From Candidatus Multivorans sp. (lineage in GTDB: Bacteria; Acidobacteriota; Thermoanaerobaculia; Multivoradales; Multivoraceae), in contig OZ251997.1 of the NCBI GenBank assembly GCA_965247095.1, positions 2,592,001 through 2,656,000 on the forward strand: a stretch of 64,000 nucleotides of DNA. Reading direction: 5' to 3'. A program made the position numbers and the translations under genes. Shown here piece by piece: positions 47,288-56,230 of this stretch (position 1 is the first letter of the stretch; each line of letters begins with the position of its first letter). Under the pieces are notes generated by a model. It was not told the DNA's origin and did no database searches. It worked only from the letters and a program-made list of their open reading frames with translations.

Positions 47288-48972
47288 ACTCGGCCAGTCG
47301 CGGCCGCGGCTCGTTGCAGCTCCGGTCGCTGATGCCGTGGCTGCTGCTGGCGTTCCTGGTCTGGCTGGTCGGCTATCCGCTGCTCGTGGTGGCGGCCGAG
47401 GCGTTCGGCATCGGCGGTCTGGAGGGGGACGGTCCGACGACGGAGGCGTTCCGCTCCTTCTTCAGCCGGGCGGACGAGTGGAACGCGATGTGGCGGACGC
47501 TGTGGATCTCCGTGCTGTCCACGCTCGCCGCGGCCGCGGTCGGGGTGCCGCTCGGCTTCCTGTTCGAGCGCAACGAGATTCCGGGCCGGCGTCTTCTCGG
47601 CGCCCTGGTCGCGCTGCCGGTGGCGCTACCGCCGCTGGTGGGCGTCATCGCGTTTCTCTTCCTCTACGGCGAGAGCGGTCTCGCCGCGCGGGGGCTGCAG
47701 ACCCTGGGTCTCGACGTGTCGTGGCGGCTGACCGGGCCGGCGGCCATCCTCCTGGTCCACGCGTACTCGATGTACGTGTACTTCTACCTGTTCACCCGGG
47801 CGGGACTCTCCGGGCAGGACGGCGCCGCCATCGAGGCCGCCCAGAGCCTGGGCGCGAAGCGGTCGCAGATCCTGTTCCGGGTCACCCTGCCGCGGCTGCG
47901 GCCGGCCCTGGCGGGCGCCACGCTGCTCACCTTCATGACCTCGCTCGGCTCGTTCTCGGCCCCCTACATCTTCGGCGGCGGCTTCCGCGTGATGACCACG
48001 CAGATCGTCGCCTCCAAGCTGAACGGGGAGCTGCGCATGGCCTACGTCGAGACGACCATGCTGGCGCTGATGGCGTTCGGCGCCCTGCTCCTGCTGCGCC
48101 GGATCGATCCGGGCCTGGACCTGGCGTCGGGCGCGCGTGGCACGCCGCCGGCGCGGCGGCGCCTGCACAGCCGGGGCGGCCGCGTTGCCGCCGCAGCCGG
48201 CGGCTGGATCCTCGCCGGGGTCTTGCTCCTGCCGCATGCGACGTTGATCCTGATGTCGCTTGTGCCGCCGAACACCTGGACCGTGGAGGCGTTCCCGCCG
48301 GTCCTGGGCCTCGTCAACTACGGCGATCTGCTGTCGTCGGCGGAACGGCTGCGGCCGGCCCTGAACTCGCTCTGGATGGCCGCCGCGGCGACGCTGGCGG
48401 CGGTGGTCGTGGGCGTCGTGACGGCGCGCCTGTCGCTCCGGCGCGGCGGTCTGCCCGGGCGCGCACTGGAGACGATGATGACCCTGCCCTGGGCGATTCC
48501 GGGGACGGTCTTCGCCCTCGCCCTGGCCGCGGCGATGAGCGTCAACGCTCCCTGGGTCGGTCGCTTCGTGCTGGTGGGCACGATCTGGATCCTGCCGCTG
48601 GCCTACCTGGTGCGCTCCCTGCCGCTGACCGGCCGCTCGGTGTTCGCGGCCCTGCGGCAGCTCGACCCGCGCCTGGAGGAGGCCGCGGCGAGTCTCGGCG
48701 CCGGCGCGTTGAGAACGGTGCTGCAGATCGTGCTCCCCCTGCTGCGGCCGGCGGTGATCGCGGGCGCCGGCCTTGCCTTCATCACCATGCTGGGCGACTT
48801 CGTGACCTCGATCGTGCTCTACACCTACGACACCCGCCCGATCTCGATCGAGATCCAGTCCAGCCTGCGGATCCAGGAGACCGGTATTGCCGCCGCCTAC
48901 GGCGTGCTGCTCATGCTCTTGAGCGCGGCCGCATTCATCGCCTGGAACGACCGCGCCGGCGGGCGGCTCTGA
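47284..48972 (+). CDS. ABC transporter permease (FbpB-like, two TM domains)
   Basis: Two EAA loops (EAAQSLGA, EEAAASLGA). Confidence 0.92.
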   Translation: MNSASRGRGSLQLRSLMPWLLLAFLVWLVGYPLLVVAAEAFGIGGLEGDGPTTEAFRSFFSRADEWNAMWRTLWISVLSTLAAAAVGVPLGFLFERNEIPGRRLLGALVALPVALPPLVGVIAFLFLYGESGLAARGLQTLGLDVSWRLTGPAAILLVHAYSMYVYFYLFTRAGLSGQDGAAIEAAQSLGAKRSQILFRVTLPRLRPALAGATLLTFMTSLGSFSAPYIFGGGFRVMTTQIVASKLNGELRMAYVETTMLALMAFGALLLLRRIDPGLDLASGARGTPPARRRLHSRGGRVAAAAGGWILAGVLLLPHATLILMSLVPPNTWTVEAFPPVLGLVNYGDLLSSAERLRPALNSLWMAAAATLAAVVVGVVTARLSLRRGGLPGRALETMMTLPWAIPGTVFALALAAAMSVNAPWVGRFVLVGTIWILPLAYLVRSLPLTGRSVFAALRQLDPRLEEAAASLGAGALRTVLQIVLPLLRPAVIAGAGLAFITMLGDFVTSIVLYTYDTRPISIEIQSSLRIQETGIAAAYGVLLMLLSAAAFIAWNDRAGGRL

Positions 48973-48991
48973 GCGCGGGCCGCCTCCTGCT

Positions 48992-50167
48992 GTGCCGCGA
49001 CTGATCGACCATCGCCTGGGGGCGCTGATGGCGGTCGCGTTCGTGTGCACGCTGGGCGAGTTCCTAGTCGTAGCACTTCTCCCGTTCTACGCGGAGCGAT
49101 ACGGCGCGAGTCCCTTCGAAGTCGGCGCTCTGGTGTCCGCCTTCGCCCTGGCGGCGATGGCGACCGCACCGCTCTGGGGCCGGCTCGCCGACCGCTCGGG
49201 GCGCAGGCCGGCGCTGCTGCTCGGCCTTCTGGTGTCGGCTGTGGGCTTCGCCCTTTTCGGCGTGGCGCAGTCGATCGAGTTGCTGCTGCTGAGCCGCCTG
49301 GTGCAGGGTGTGGGTGGCGGCACGGTGCCGGTGGTGTTCGCCTACATCGCCGACTCGGTGACCGGCGAGCGGCGCGCCGAGGGTGTCGGGTGGGTGACCG
49401 CCGTCACCAGCTCAGCGGCGATGATCGGCCCGGCCGTGGGCAGTTTCGCGGGCCAGGTCCATCCGGCCGGGCCCGGAGCGGTGGCCGCGGCGCTCAGCGT
49501 GGCGGCCGCGGTGTTCGCGCACTTCTGGCTGCCGGAGTCGCGGCCGCGAGGGACGCCGAGCGGCGAGGGGGAGGAGGCGCGGTACTCGATCCTGGGGGCC
49601 GTCGGCCGGGTAGCCGCACAGCCGCTTCGCCCGCTCAATCTCCTGATCTGGATCTACGCCGCCGGGCAAATCGGCATGGCGGGGATGACGGCGATCATCG
49701 GCCTCTACCTGGGGCGTCGTTTCGGAGTGGACGAGTCGAACATCGGGTTGTTCTTCTTCTATCTGGGCGGCCTGTCCATCGTCTTCCGCGTTCTCGTTCT
49801 GGGGCGGGCGGTCCGTCGCTGGGGCGAGGTCAACGTCTTGCGCACCGGCGCCTTGAGCTTCGGCGCCGGGCTGATTGCGATCCCGTTCGCCACCGGGCTA
49901 TGGACGCTCGGGGCGGCGATCTTCCTCGTCCCGTTGGGCACTTCGCTGCTGTTCCCGTGCACGACCTCGCAGGTCTCGAAGCGCGCCCCCGGAAGCGGCG
50001 TCGTGGGGCAGGTGCTCGGCGTGCAACAGGCCTACGGCAACGCCAGCAAGATCGCCGCGCCGCTCCTTGCGGGCTATCTGTTCCAGGAGCTGTCGCCGGG
50101 CGCGCCGTTCGTGGTCATCGGCGCAGTGCTGCTCGTTGCTGCCGTGGCGTCGTTCCGGTTGCGGTGA
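48992..50167 (+). CDS. MFS transporter (TetA/DHA1-like)
   Basis: GRLADRSGRRP motif A, about 12 TM helices. Confidence 0.9.
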   Translation: MPRLIDHRLGALMAVAFVCTLGEFLVVALLPFYAERYGASPFEVGALVSAFALAAMATAPLWGRLADRSGRRPALLLGLLVSAVGFALFGVAQSIELLLLSRLVQGVGGGTVPVVFAYIADSVTGERRAEGVGWVTAVTSSAAMIGPAVGSFAGQVHPAGPGAVAAALSVAAAVFAHFWLPESRPRGTPSGEGEEARYSILGAVGRVAAQPLRPLNLLIWIYAAGQIGMAGMTAIIGLYLGRRFGVDESNIGLFFFYLGGLSIVFRVLVLGRAVRRWGEVNVLRTGALSFGAGLIAIPFATGLWTLGAAIFLVPLGTSLLFPCTTSQVSKRAPGSGVVGQVLGVQQAYGNASKIAAPLLAGYLFQELSPGAPFVVIGAVLLVAAVASFRLR

Positions 50168-50212
50168 TCGCTGCGCTCTACCCGGACGTCGGGTCGCATT
50201 CAGTGCTGCCGT

Positions 50213-50400
50213 TTATCCATTGACCAGACCCACGCAGAGACAACCGGCGAAGCCCGCCGGAGAAAGTCGCCACAGTCCGGGAATGTCGAGGCCGATGGCC
50301 GCGGGCCGGGTCGGATCCGGCTGCCTCGTCAGGGCCACTGGAACCAGCGCGAGGGTGAGGAGGATCGCCGTGCTGAACAGCAGGGCGGCAGTTGCCTGAG
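50213..50400 (-). pseudogene. Internal fragment of an MFS transporter (YcaD-like)
   Basis: LLTLALVPVALTR.PDP....LWRLSPAGFAGC..VGLVNG with no start or full-length gene. Confidence 0.5.
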
Positions 50401-50408
50401 CATCGCGG

Positions 50409-50891
50409 TCATCTCTTGTTGCGGCGGCCCGCTTCAAGAGCCTGGAGGACCTCCTCCGGGGTTCGTTCGGCAGAGGCGAACGGATCGATCACCCGAACTT
50501 CGCCGAAAGTCTGGCCGTGCTGGAGATCCTCGGTGAGGAGGACCGGACATCCACACGATTGAGCGGCCGCCACGATCAACGCGTCCCACCAGGACAGCGA
50601 AGTGGCCTGCTCGAGAATCCACGCTCGTTCCATGATGGCGAGGTTGACCGGGACCGGCTGCCACGCGGCCAGAGCCCGGACGATCTGGCGAGCTTTGGCG
50701 CCGCCCATGCCCGGCTTCAGCTTGCGGGTAAGGGTCGCGTACAGCTCCTGCAAGACCTGCACACTCAGGCGGCCGGAGTGGCTGCGCCATAGATACGAGT
50801 ACCAGTCTTCGGCACGCGACTGCTTCGCCGGGTCGGACGAGTCGTGCCGGTAGACGAGTACGTTCGTGTCAACGAAGACCGGGCCGGTCAT
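50409..50891 (-). CDS. vapC: VapC/PIN toxin
   Basis: VFVDTNVLVY, SVQVLQE, SWWDALIVAAA, LLTEDLQHG. Confidence 0.92.
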   Translation of the reverse strand: MTGPVFVDTNVLVYRHDSSDPAKQSRAEDWYSYLWRSHSGRLSVQVLQELYATLTRKLKPGMGGAKARQIVRALAAWQPVPVNLAIMERAWILEQATSLSWWDALIVAAAQSCGCPVLLTEDLQHGQTFGEVRVIDPFASAERTPEEVLQALEAGRRNKR

Positions 50892-51111
50892 GGAGCGAGT
50901 CTCGCGAGGGGTAAGGCTGGCCCCTCTGCTTCAGCCTCTCGGGCTGAATCGCGAGGGCTCGTTCCATGGCGACGTCGTAACGATCCTCCTGGCGCCTCAT
51001 CCGTTGAACCAGGTCTGCCAACCAGCGGGAAACGCTGCGCTCGTTCTCCGCAGCGCGGACCCGGACCCACCGGGCGTCCTCTTCGGGCAGGGTGATCGTG
51101 ACGTTCTTCAC
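50869..51111 (-). CDS. CopG/VapB-like antitoxin
   Basis: MKNVTITL.E..ARWVRVRAAE..RSVSR, ends in SRDSLHDR, overlaps vapC. Confidence 0.88.
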   Translation of the reverse strand: MKNVTITLPEEDARWVRVRAAENERSVSRWLADLVQRMRRQEDRYDVAMERALAIQPERLKQRGQPYPSRDSLHDRPGLR

Positions 51112-51117
51112 GGCACG

Positions 51118-51146
51118 AGACTAGGGAAACACGAAGTTCGTGTCAA
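51118..51146 (-). promoter_or_regulatory. Sigma70-like promoter of vapBC with palindromic operator; probably leaderless
   Basis: TTGACA-17 nt-TAGTCT, GTG start 6 nt after the -10 box; palindrome CACGAA-g-TTCGTG at 51130-51142. Confidence 0.7.
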
Positions 51147-51150
51147 TGAG

Positions 51151-51262
51151 TTCCGGAGTGTCTTCGGTGGTGGCCCCGCGACATGCGAAAAGGGCGTGGC
51201 CAGCGGCCGCGCCCTTGGAAGACTTGGTAGCGGGGGCAGGATTTGAACCTGCGAGCCTTGGG
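51151..51262 (-). repeat. tRNA-fMet-derived repeat (left part of the IS21-split unit plus a terminator-containing partial unit)
   Basis: TGGTAGCGGGGGCAGGATTTGAACCTGCGA at 51225 is identical to the tRNA 3' end; hairpin AAGGGCGTGGCC-agc-GGCCGCGCCCTT. Confidence 0.85.
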
Positions 51263-51375
51263 TGGAGGCATGGCTCGGAAACTGAGCCACCCAACGCTCG
51301 GAAAGTGATCCACCCTCGGCCCTGACACCGGTAGCTTGGTCTTGTTCAGTAGACCAACGCGCTCGGAGGAAGGAC

Positions 51376-52817
51376 TTGCTGAGGATGGATCAGGTTCATG
51401 TTATTCGGCACCAGGTGCTGGTGGAGGGTCGGAGCCAGCGCTCGGTGGCTCGGGAGCACGGTGTGAGCCGCAACACGGTGCGCAAGTACCTGGATCAGAG
51501 CGAGCCGCGGCGGGTGGAGAGCAGGCCGCGGCGGCGGCTGGTGACGGAGCGTGTGGCGCCTCGTCTGGAGGAGTTGCTGAGGACGTGGTCTCGCCGGACG
51601 ACGGCGAAGCAGCGTCTGACGGCGACGCGTCTGCATCGCCAGTTGCTGGAGGATGGCTACGAGGTCTGGATCACGACGATTCGCAGCTACGTTCGGGAGT
51701 GGAAGCGTCAGCGCCAGGAGACGTTCATTCCGCTGGTGCACCGTGCCGGCGAGTGCGGCCAGGTGGACTTCTTCGAGGTGACGGTGGAGGAGGACGGTGT
51801 GGCGCACCGGGTGTGGAAGTTCCTGCTGCACCTGCCGTACTCAGGCCGTTCGTTCGTGTGGCTGTACGACCGCTGCGACCAGGTGGCGTTCCTCGACGGC
51901 CACGTGCGGGCGTTCGCGCACTTCGGCGGCGTGCCGCTGCGTCTGGTCTACGACAATCTGAGTGCGGCGGTGCGTCGGCGGGTGGGCGGCGAGCGTCAGT
52001 TGACGGCTCGATTCCAGGCGCTGGTGAGCCACTACCTGTTCGAGCCTTGCTTCGCCCGCCCCGGCGAGGGGCACGACAAGGGCAGCGTGGAGTCGCGCGG
52101 CAAGGGAATCCGTCTGGCGCACATGAGTCCGGTGCCTCAAGGCCGCACCCTGGAGGAGATCGCACGGGCGTGCTGGCTTCGGTCGACGCGGCACACAGTC
52201 AGCGCGCCCGGTGGCAGGAGGAGCAGGCAGCTCTGCGCGAGCTGCCGCCGACCGCGTTCGAGGCAAGGAAGCTCAGGATCGTGCGGGTGTCGCGCCAGGC
52301 GACGGTGCAGTTGGGCGGCGCGATCTACTCGGTTCCCTCGCGGTGGAAGAGCCTCCAGGTCCATGCCCGCGTCGGTACGGGCGACATCGTCTTCACCTGT
52401 CGCGACGCGGAGTACCGCTGCGCTCTGGTGCGGCCGGGACAGCGCCTGGTGCGCTACGCGCACTACTTCGAGGAGCTGTCCCGGAAGCCTCAGGCGGTGC
52501 GACAGGTGGCTCCGGAGCTGCTCGCGGAGCTTGGCCCGGCCTATCGCAAGCTATGGAGAATGCTGGAGTTGCGGCACGGCGCGCTGGAGACGGCGCGGCT
52601 CTTCGCCAAGCTGTTGAGCGTGGTCACAGACCACGGCAGCGAGGAGGTAGCCGCCGCACTCGAGGAGGCCCTGACCGCCGGTCGCTTCGACCTTCTGGGA
52701 CTCGCCCTGCGGAGTCCCGCCTCCAAGATCGAGGTGCCGGAGCCGCTCCGCCGCCACGACATCGAGAGCGCTCGCGCCGCCGACTTCGACGTGCTGCTTC
52801 AGGAGGCGGCATCGTGA
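51376..52817 (+). pseudogene. istA: IS21 transposase IstA, frameshifted near 52165
   Basis: GQVDF, FAHFGGVP..VYDN and DKGSVE lie in one frame; the C-terminal V..GAIYSVP..KPQA lies in another. Confidence 0.85.
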
Positions 52818-53566
52818 GCCGGGCGGCACGCAGAGCCGTCATCGCCGAGGGCCTCAAGATGCTCAAGATGCCTTCCGTGCTGCGCGACTACGAGCAGCGG
52901 GCGCGTCAGGCCCAGGACGCACAGTGGGACTACGAGGACTACCTGTGGCAACTGCTCGAGACCGAGATTCGGGACCGTGAGGCCCGCACCGTCGAGCGCC
53001 GGCTGCGCGCGGCCCGCTTCCCCGACCACAAGACCCTCGAGCAGATCGACTTCCAGGCGCTACAGGGAGTGTCCAAACCGAAGCTGCGCGAGCTGGCCTC
53101 CTGCGACTACATCGACCGCGGCGACGACGTCGTCCTCGTCGGACCCATCGGCACCGGCAAGACGCATCTCGCGATCGCACTCGGCATCGAGGCCGCGAAG
53201 CGCCGCCGCCGGGTCTGGTTCCGCAAGGCCTCCGACCTCGTCCGCGACCTGATCGAAGCCCGCGATCAGCGGGAGTTGGGGCGCCTGCAGCAGTGGCTAC
53301 AGCGGGTGGATCTACTGATCTGCGACGAGCTCGGCTTCGTGCCATTCGACCGCGCCGGCGGCGAGTTGCTCTTCAACGTCTTCGCCGACCGTTACGAGCG
53401 CCGCTCGACCATCGTCACCTCCAACCTCGCCTTCTCCGAATGGGTCCGCGTATTCGGCGACGAAAAGCTCACCACGGCTCTGCTCGACCGCCTCTCCCAC
53501 CACGCCCACATCCTCGCCACCAAGGGCTCCTCCTATCGGACTCGGCTGCGGAGAAGCCCTTCGTGA
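52814..53566 (+). CDS. istB: IS21 helper ATPase IstB
   Basis: ARFP, GPIGTGKTHLA, LLICDELGF, YERRSTIVTSNL, ALLDRL.HH, SYR. Confidence 0.95.
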   Translation: MSRAARRAVIAEGLKMLKMPSVLRDYEQRARQAQDAQWDYEDYLWQLLETEIRDREARTVERRLRAARFPDHKTLEQIDFQALQGVSKPKLRELASCDYIDRGDDVVLVGPIGTGKTHLAIALGIEAAKRRRRVWFRKASDLVRDLIEARDQRELGRLQQWLQRVDLLICDELGFVPFDRAGGELLFNVFADRYERRSTIVTSNLAFSEWVRVFGDEKLTTALLDRLSHHAHILATKGSSYRTRLRRSPS

Positions 53567-53842
53567 ATCCGGATCGCACGACGCGCAACCGGACCGCCGC
53601 GGCGCCGCCGCTGAGAGCACCGCAACGGCCGCCGGCTGCGGAAGCTGCCGGCGCCGCGGAAAACGGCAGACCGTTTCCCGCACCGCCTTGGAAAACCGGC
53701 AGACCGGTTTTCCACAGCTACCGCAGCCGCTACGGCTACTGACTCAAGGGGACCGACGAGAGAAGACTCGCGTACACTCAACACGGCCGACGTGGCTCAC
53801 TTTCCAAACGGTGGGTGGCTCACTTTCCGAGCGTTGCCAACA

Positions 53843-54085
53843 CCTTGGGCTATGGCAGGCCGATGAGCTAGGTGTTCCAGAGGTGTGTTCGGTGGTGCCC
53901 CCGCGACAAGCAAGAAGGGCGCGGCCAGCGGCCGCGCCCTTAGAAGACTTGGTAGCGGGGGCAGGATTTGAACCTGCGAGCCTTGGGCTATGGCAGGCCG
54001 ATGAGCTAGGTGTTCCAGAGGTGTGTTCGGTGGTGCCCCCGCGGCAAGCAGAAAGGGCGCGGCCAGCGGCCGCGCCCTTGAAGCT
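53843..54085 (-). repeat. tRNA-fMet-derived tandem repeat units (about 136-138 bp)
   Basis: Second exact tRNA 3' copy at 53950, a degenerate anticodon-arm-like segment, spacer and terminator hairpin, all repeated. Confidence 0.9.
54053..54079 (-). terminator. Hairpin downstream of the tRNA (probable intrinsic terminator)
   Basis: 12-bp stem AAGGGCGCGGCC/GGCCGCGCCCTT with a 3-nt loop; the U-tract is weak. Confidence 0.6.
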
Positions 54086-54162
<77 letters not shown>

Positions 54163-54174
54163 TCAGGACGGGGG

Positions 54175-54203
54175 ATCGTGGCACAGGAGGGGTGCAGTGT
54201 CAA
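54175..54203 (-). promoter_or_regulatory. Sigma70-like tRNA promoter
   Basis: TTGACA-17 nt-CACGAT, 12 nt upstream of the tRNA. Confidence 0.7.
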
Positions 54204-55780
54204 CCTGGAGAGCTGTCCAGCGAGAAGTGAGCGTGAGCGGGGTGCGTGAATCCAGCGAGAAGTGAGCGTGAAGCGCCGGTATCGGGGATCATCGGAGGAT
54301 GATCGTGACGCTCCAGACACGCCGACTTCAGACTCTTTGTGAGGTCCGCAGTTTCGTGGCCGGCAACGAGGCGGTGGACTTCGTGGTGGTGGACCGCGGA
54401 TCGACCTACGAGTTCATCCGTGAGACGCTGGTCAGGTTCCGCTACCGGGCGCTTGTGAGGCGCGACAAGGGCATGATTCGGCGCTACCTGATGAAGATGA
54501 CCGGGAAGTCCGAGTCGCAGGTGACGCGGCTGATCCGGCAGCACCGGGAGACGGGCCGCATCGAGGACCGCCGCGGTGCGCCGCCTCACGCATTCGGGCG
54601 GCGTTACACGAAGGCCGACATCGGCCTTCTCGCCGAGGTCGACGCGGCACTGGGCCAGATGTGCGGTCACAGCACGCGGGCGGTGATGCGGCGCCAGTTC
54701 GAGCTGTACGGCGACGAGCGCTTCGAGCGTCTGGCTGTGATCTCGAACGGCCAGTTCTACAACCTGCGCAAGTCGACCACCTACCAGCGGCGCCGGACGA
54801 CGTTCAAGAAGACGCGGTCGACCGCGGTCGGGATCGGGGAACGACGCAAGCCCCAGCCGGAGGGGAAGCCGGGCTACCTGCGGGTGGACACGGTGCATCA
54901 GGGGGACAAAGACGGCGAGAAGGGCGTGTACCACATCAACCTCGTGGACAAGGTGTTGCAGTGGGAGCACGTGGCGACGGTACGGGCCATCTCCCAACGG
55001 TGTCTCGTGCCGGTGCTCAAGGAGCTCATCGAGTCCTGCCCCTTCAAGGTGCTGGGCTTCCACGCCGACAACGGCTCCGAGTACATCAACCGCAAGGTCG
55101 CCGAGATGCTCAACCAACTGCACGTCCCCGAGTTCACCAAGTCCCGCAGCCGGCACACCAACGACAACGCCCTGGTCGAGAGCAAGAACGGCAACGTGAT
55201 CCGGCGCCAGTTCGGATACCGGCACATCCCCAAGCTCTTCGCCCGCGAGATCAACGTCTTCGCACGCGATGTGCTCACCCCCTTCCTCAACTTCCATCGC
55301 CCGTGCCTGTTTCCCACCGAGGTCACCGACAGGAAGGGCCGCACCAGGAAACGCTACCGCTACCAGGACACCATGACGCCGTTCGAGAAGCTCAAGTCCC
55401 TGCCGGACGCGGAGCGGTACCTCAGGCCCGGCGTCACCATCGCCGCCCTCGAAGACCAGGCCGGCGCCACGAGCGACCTCGACGCCGCGATCGCCCTCAA
55501 GCTGGCTCGTGCCAGACTCTTTGAACTCATCGACCGGGAGTCCGATCCCCACCGGCGCCGGAGCGCCTGAACCGCAGACCGCGCAGCCCGATGCCATACA
55601 CCGCCCACCACCACCGGCCCAGGCCGGAACACAACGCCAGTAACCCGCCGCGGCCTCGCAGCGGGCGCTACCGCAGGCGGCAGACGGTGCAGAACCGTCT
55701 GCCGCTCCAGAACTACCCCGAGACCGACCCGACTCGACTCTCCATGACGGTCCCGTTCACGCTCATTTCAGGATTGGACT
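54198..55780 (+). mobile_element. IS481/ISNCY-like insertion sequence (ends approximate)
   Basis: 21-nt box TCCAGCGAGAAGTGAGCGTGA at 54216 and 54251; imperfect inverted copy TCACGCTCATTTCAGGATTGGA at 55757-55778. Confidence 0.7.
54299..55570 (+). CDS. DDE integrase-core transposase
   Basis: PGYLRVDTVHQG, FHADNGSEY, NDNALVESKNG, LNFHRP, TPFEKL; GGAGG RBS. Confidence 0.9.
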   Translation: MIVTLQTRRLQTLCEVRSFVAGNEAVDFVVVDRGSTYEFIRETLVRFRYRALVRRDKGMIRRYLMKMTGKSESQVTRLIRQHRETGRIEDRRGAPPHAFGRRYTKADIGLLAEVDAALGQMCGHSTRAVMRRQFELYGDERFERLAVISNGQFYNLRKSTTYQRRRTTFKKTRSTAVGIGERRKPQPEGKPGYLRVDTVHQGDKDGEKGVYHINLVDKVLQWEHVATVRAISQRCLVPVLKELIESCPFKVLGFHADNGSEYINRKVAEMLNQLHVPEFTKSRSRHTNDNALVESKNGNVIRRQFGYRHIPKLFAREINVFARDVLTPFLNFHRPCLFPTEVTDRKGRTRKRYRYQDTMTPFEKLKSLPDAERYLRPGVTIAALEDQAGATSDLDAAIALKLARARLFELIDRESDPHRRRSA

Positions 55781-55863
55781 ACGCTCCTGGAGCCGGGCCG
55801 GATCTTGCTTCTCCGGCTCCCGTCTTCGCGGCCTCGAGTCCGCCCCTCGTATAGGCTTCGTCC

Positions 55864-56214
55864 GTGTCAGCGACGCCTCCAGACCGGCGCGGGCGGCTGC
55901 GGGAGCGCATCGATCGTTGGCGCGAATGGACGCAGCGCTCGCTTCCGACGATGATCGGCGTCGGCCTGATCCTGGTGCTCCTTTTTCTCGCCAAGGCCGG
56001 CGCCGAGAACTACTCGGGCCTTGCCGAACTCGCGGACCGGGAGGCGGAGCTCGAGATCGAGCTGGAGGAGGCGAGGCTGCGGGTCGAGAGCCTGAGGCGC
56101 ACGGTCGTGCTGATGCAGGACGATCCGGCAGTGCTGGAGCGTCTGGCGCGAGAGGAGCTGGGCCTGGTGAGACCAGGTGACACGGTCGTCGTCCTGCCCC
56201 GGACGGACGACTGA
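55864..56214 (+). CDS. Septum formation initiator (FtsB/DivIC family)
   Basis: TM helix plus coiled coil plus LERLAREELGLVRPGD. Confidence 0.85.
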   Translation: MSATPPDRRGRLRERIDRWREWTQRSLPTMIGVGLILVLLFLAKAGAENYSGLAELADREAELEIELEEARLRVESLRRTVVLMQDDPAVLERLAREELGLVRPGDTVVVLPRTDD

Positions 56215-56230
56215 TCCGGCCGTTGATCCG

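Larger units (their letters stand above)
51263..53842 (+). mobile_element. IS21-family insertion sequence with 7-bp target duplication
   Basis: TG..CA ends with repeated GGAAAsTGAGCCAC boxes in both IRs; CCTTGGG duplicated at 51256-51262 and 53843-53849; istA plus istB. Confidence 0.95.

Noticed and set aside
48992-50167. Acquired tetracycline resistance gene
   Set aside because: Generic DHA1-like MFS at the end of an ABC operon, host-like composition, no tetR and no mobile context
52140-52200. Programmed ribosomal frameshift in istA
   Set aside because: No slippery A-run heptamer is visible and IstA is normally a single ORF; more likely a mutation or sequencing indel
51225-54085. Additional functional tRNA genes, a CRISPR array, or attL/attR of a genomic island
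   Set aside because: The copies lack the D-arm and a canonical anticodon loop, the spacers are near-identical, and once IS21 is removed no integrase or cargo lies between them
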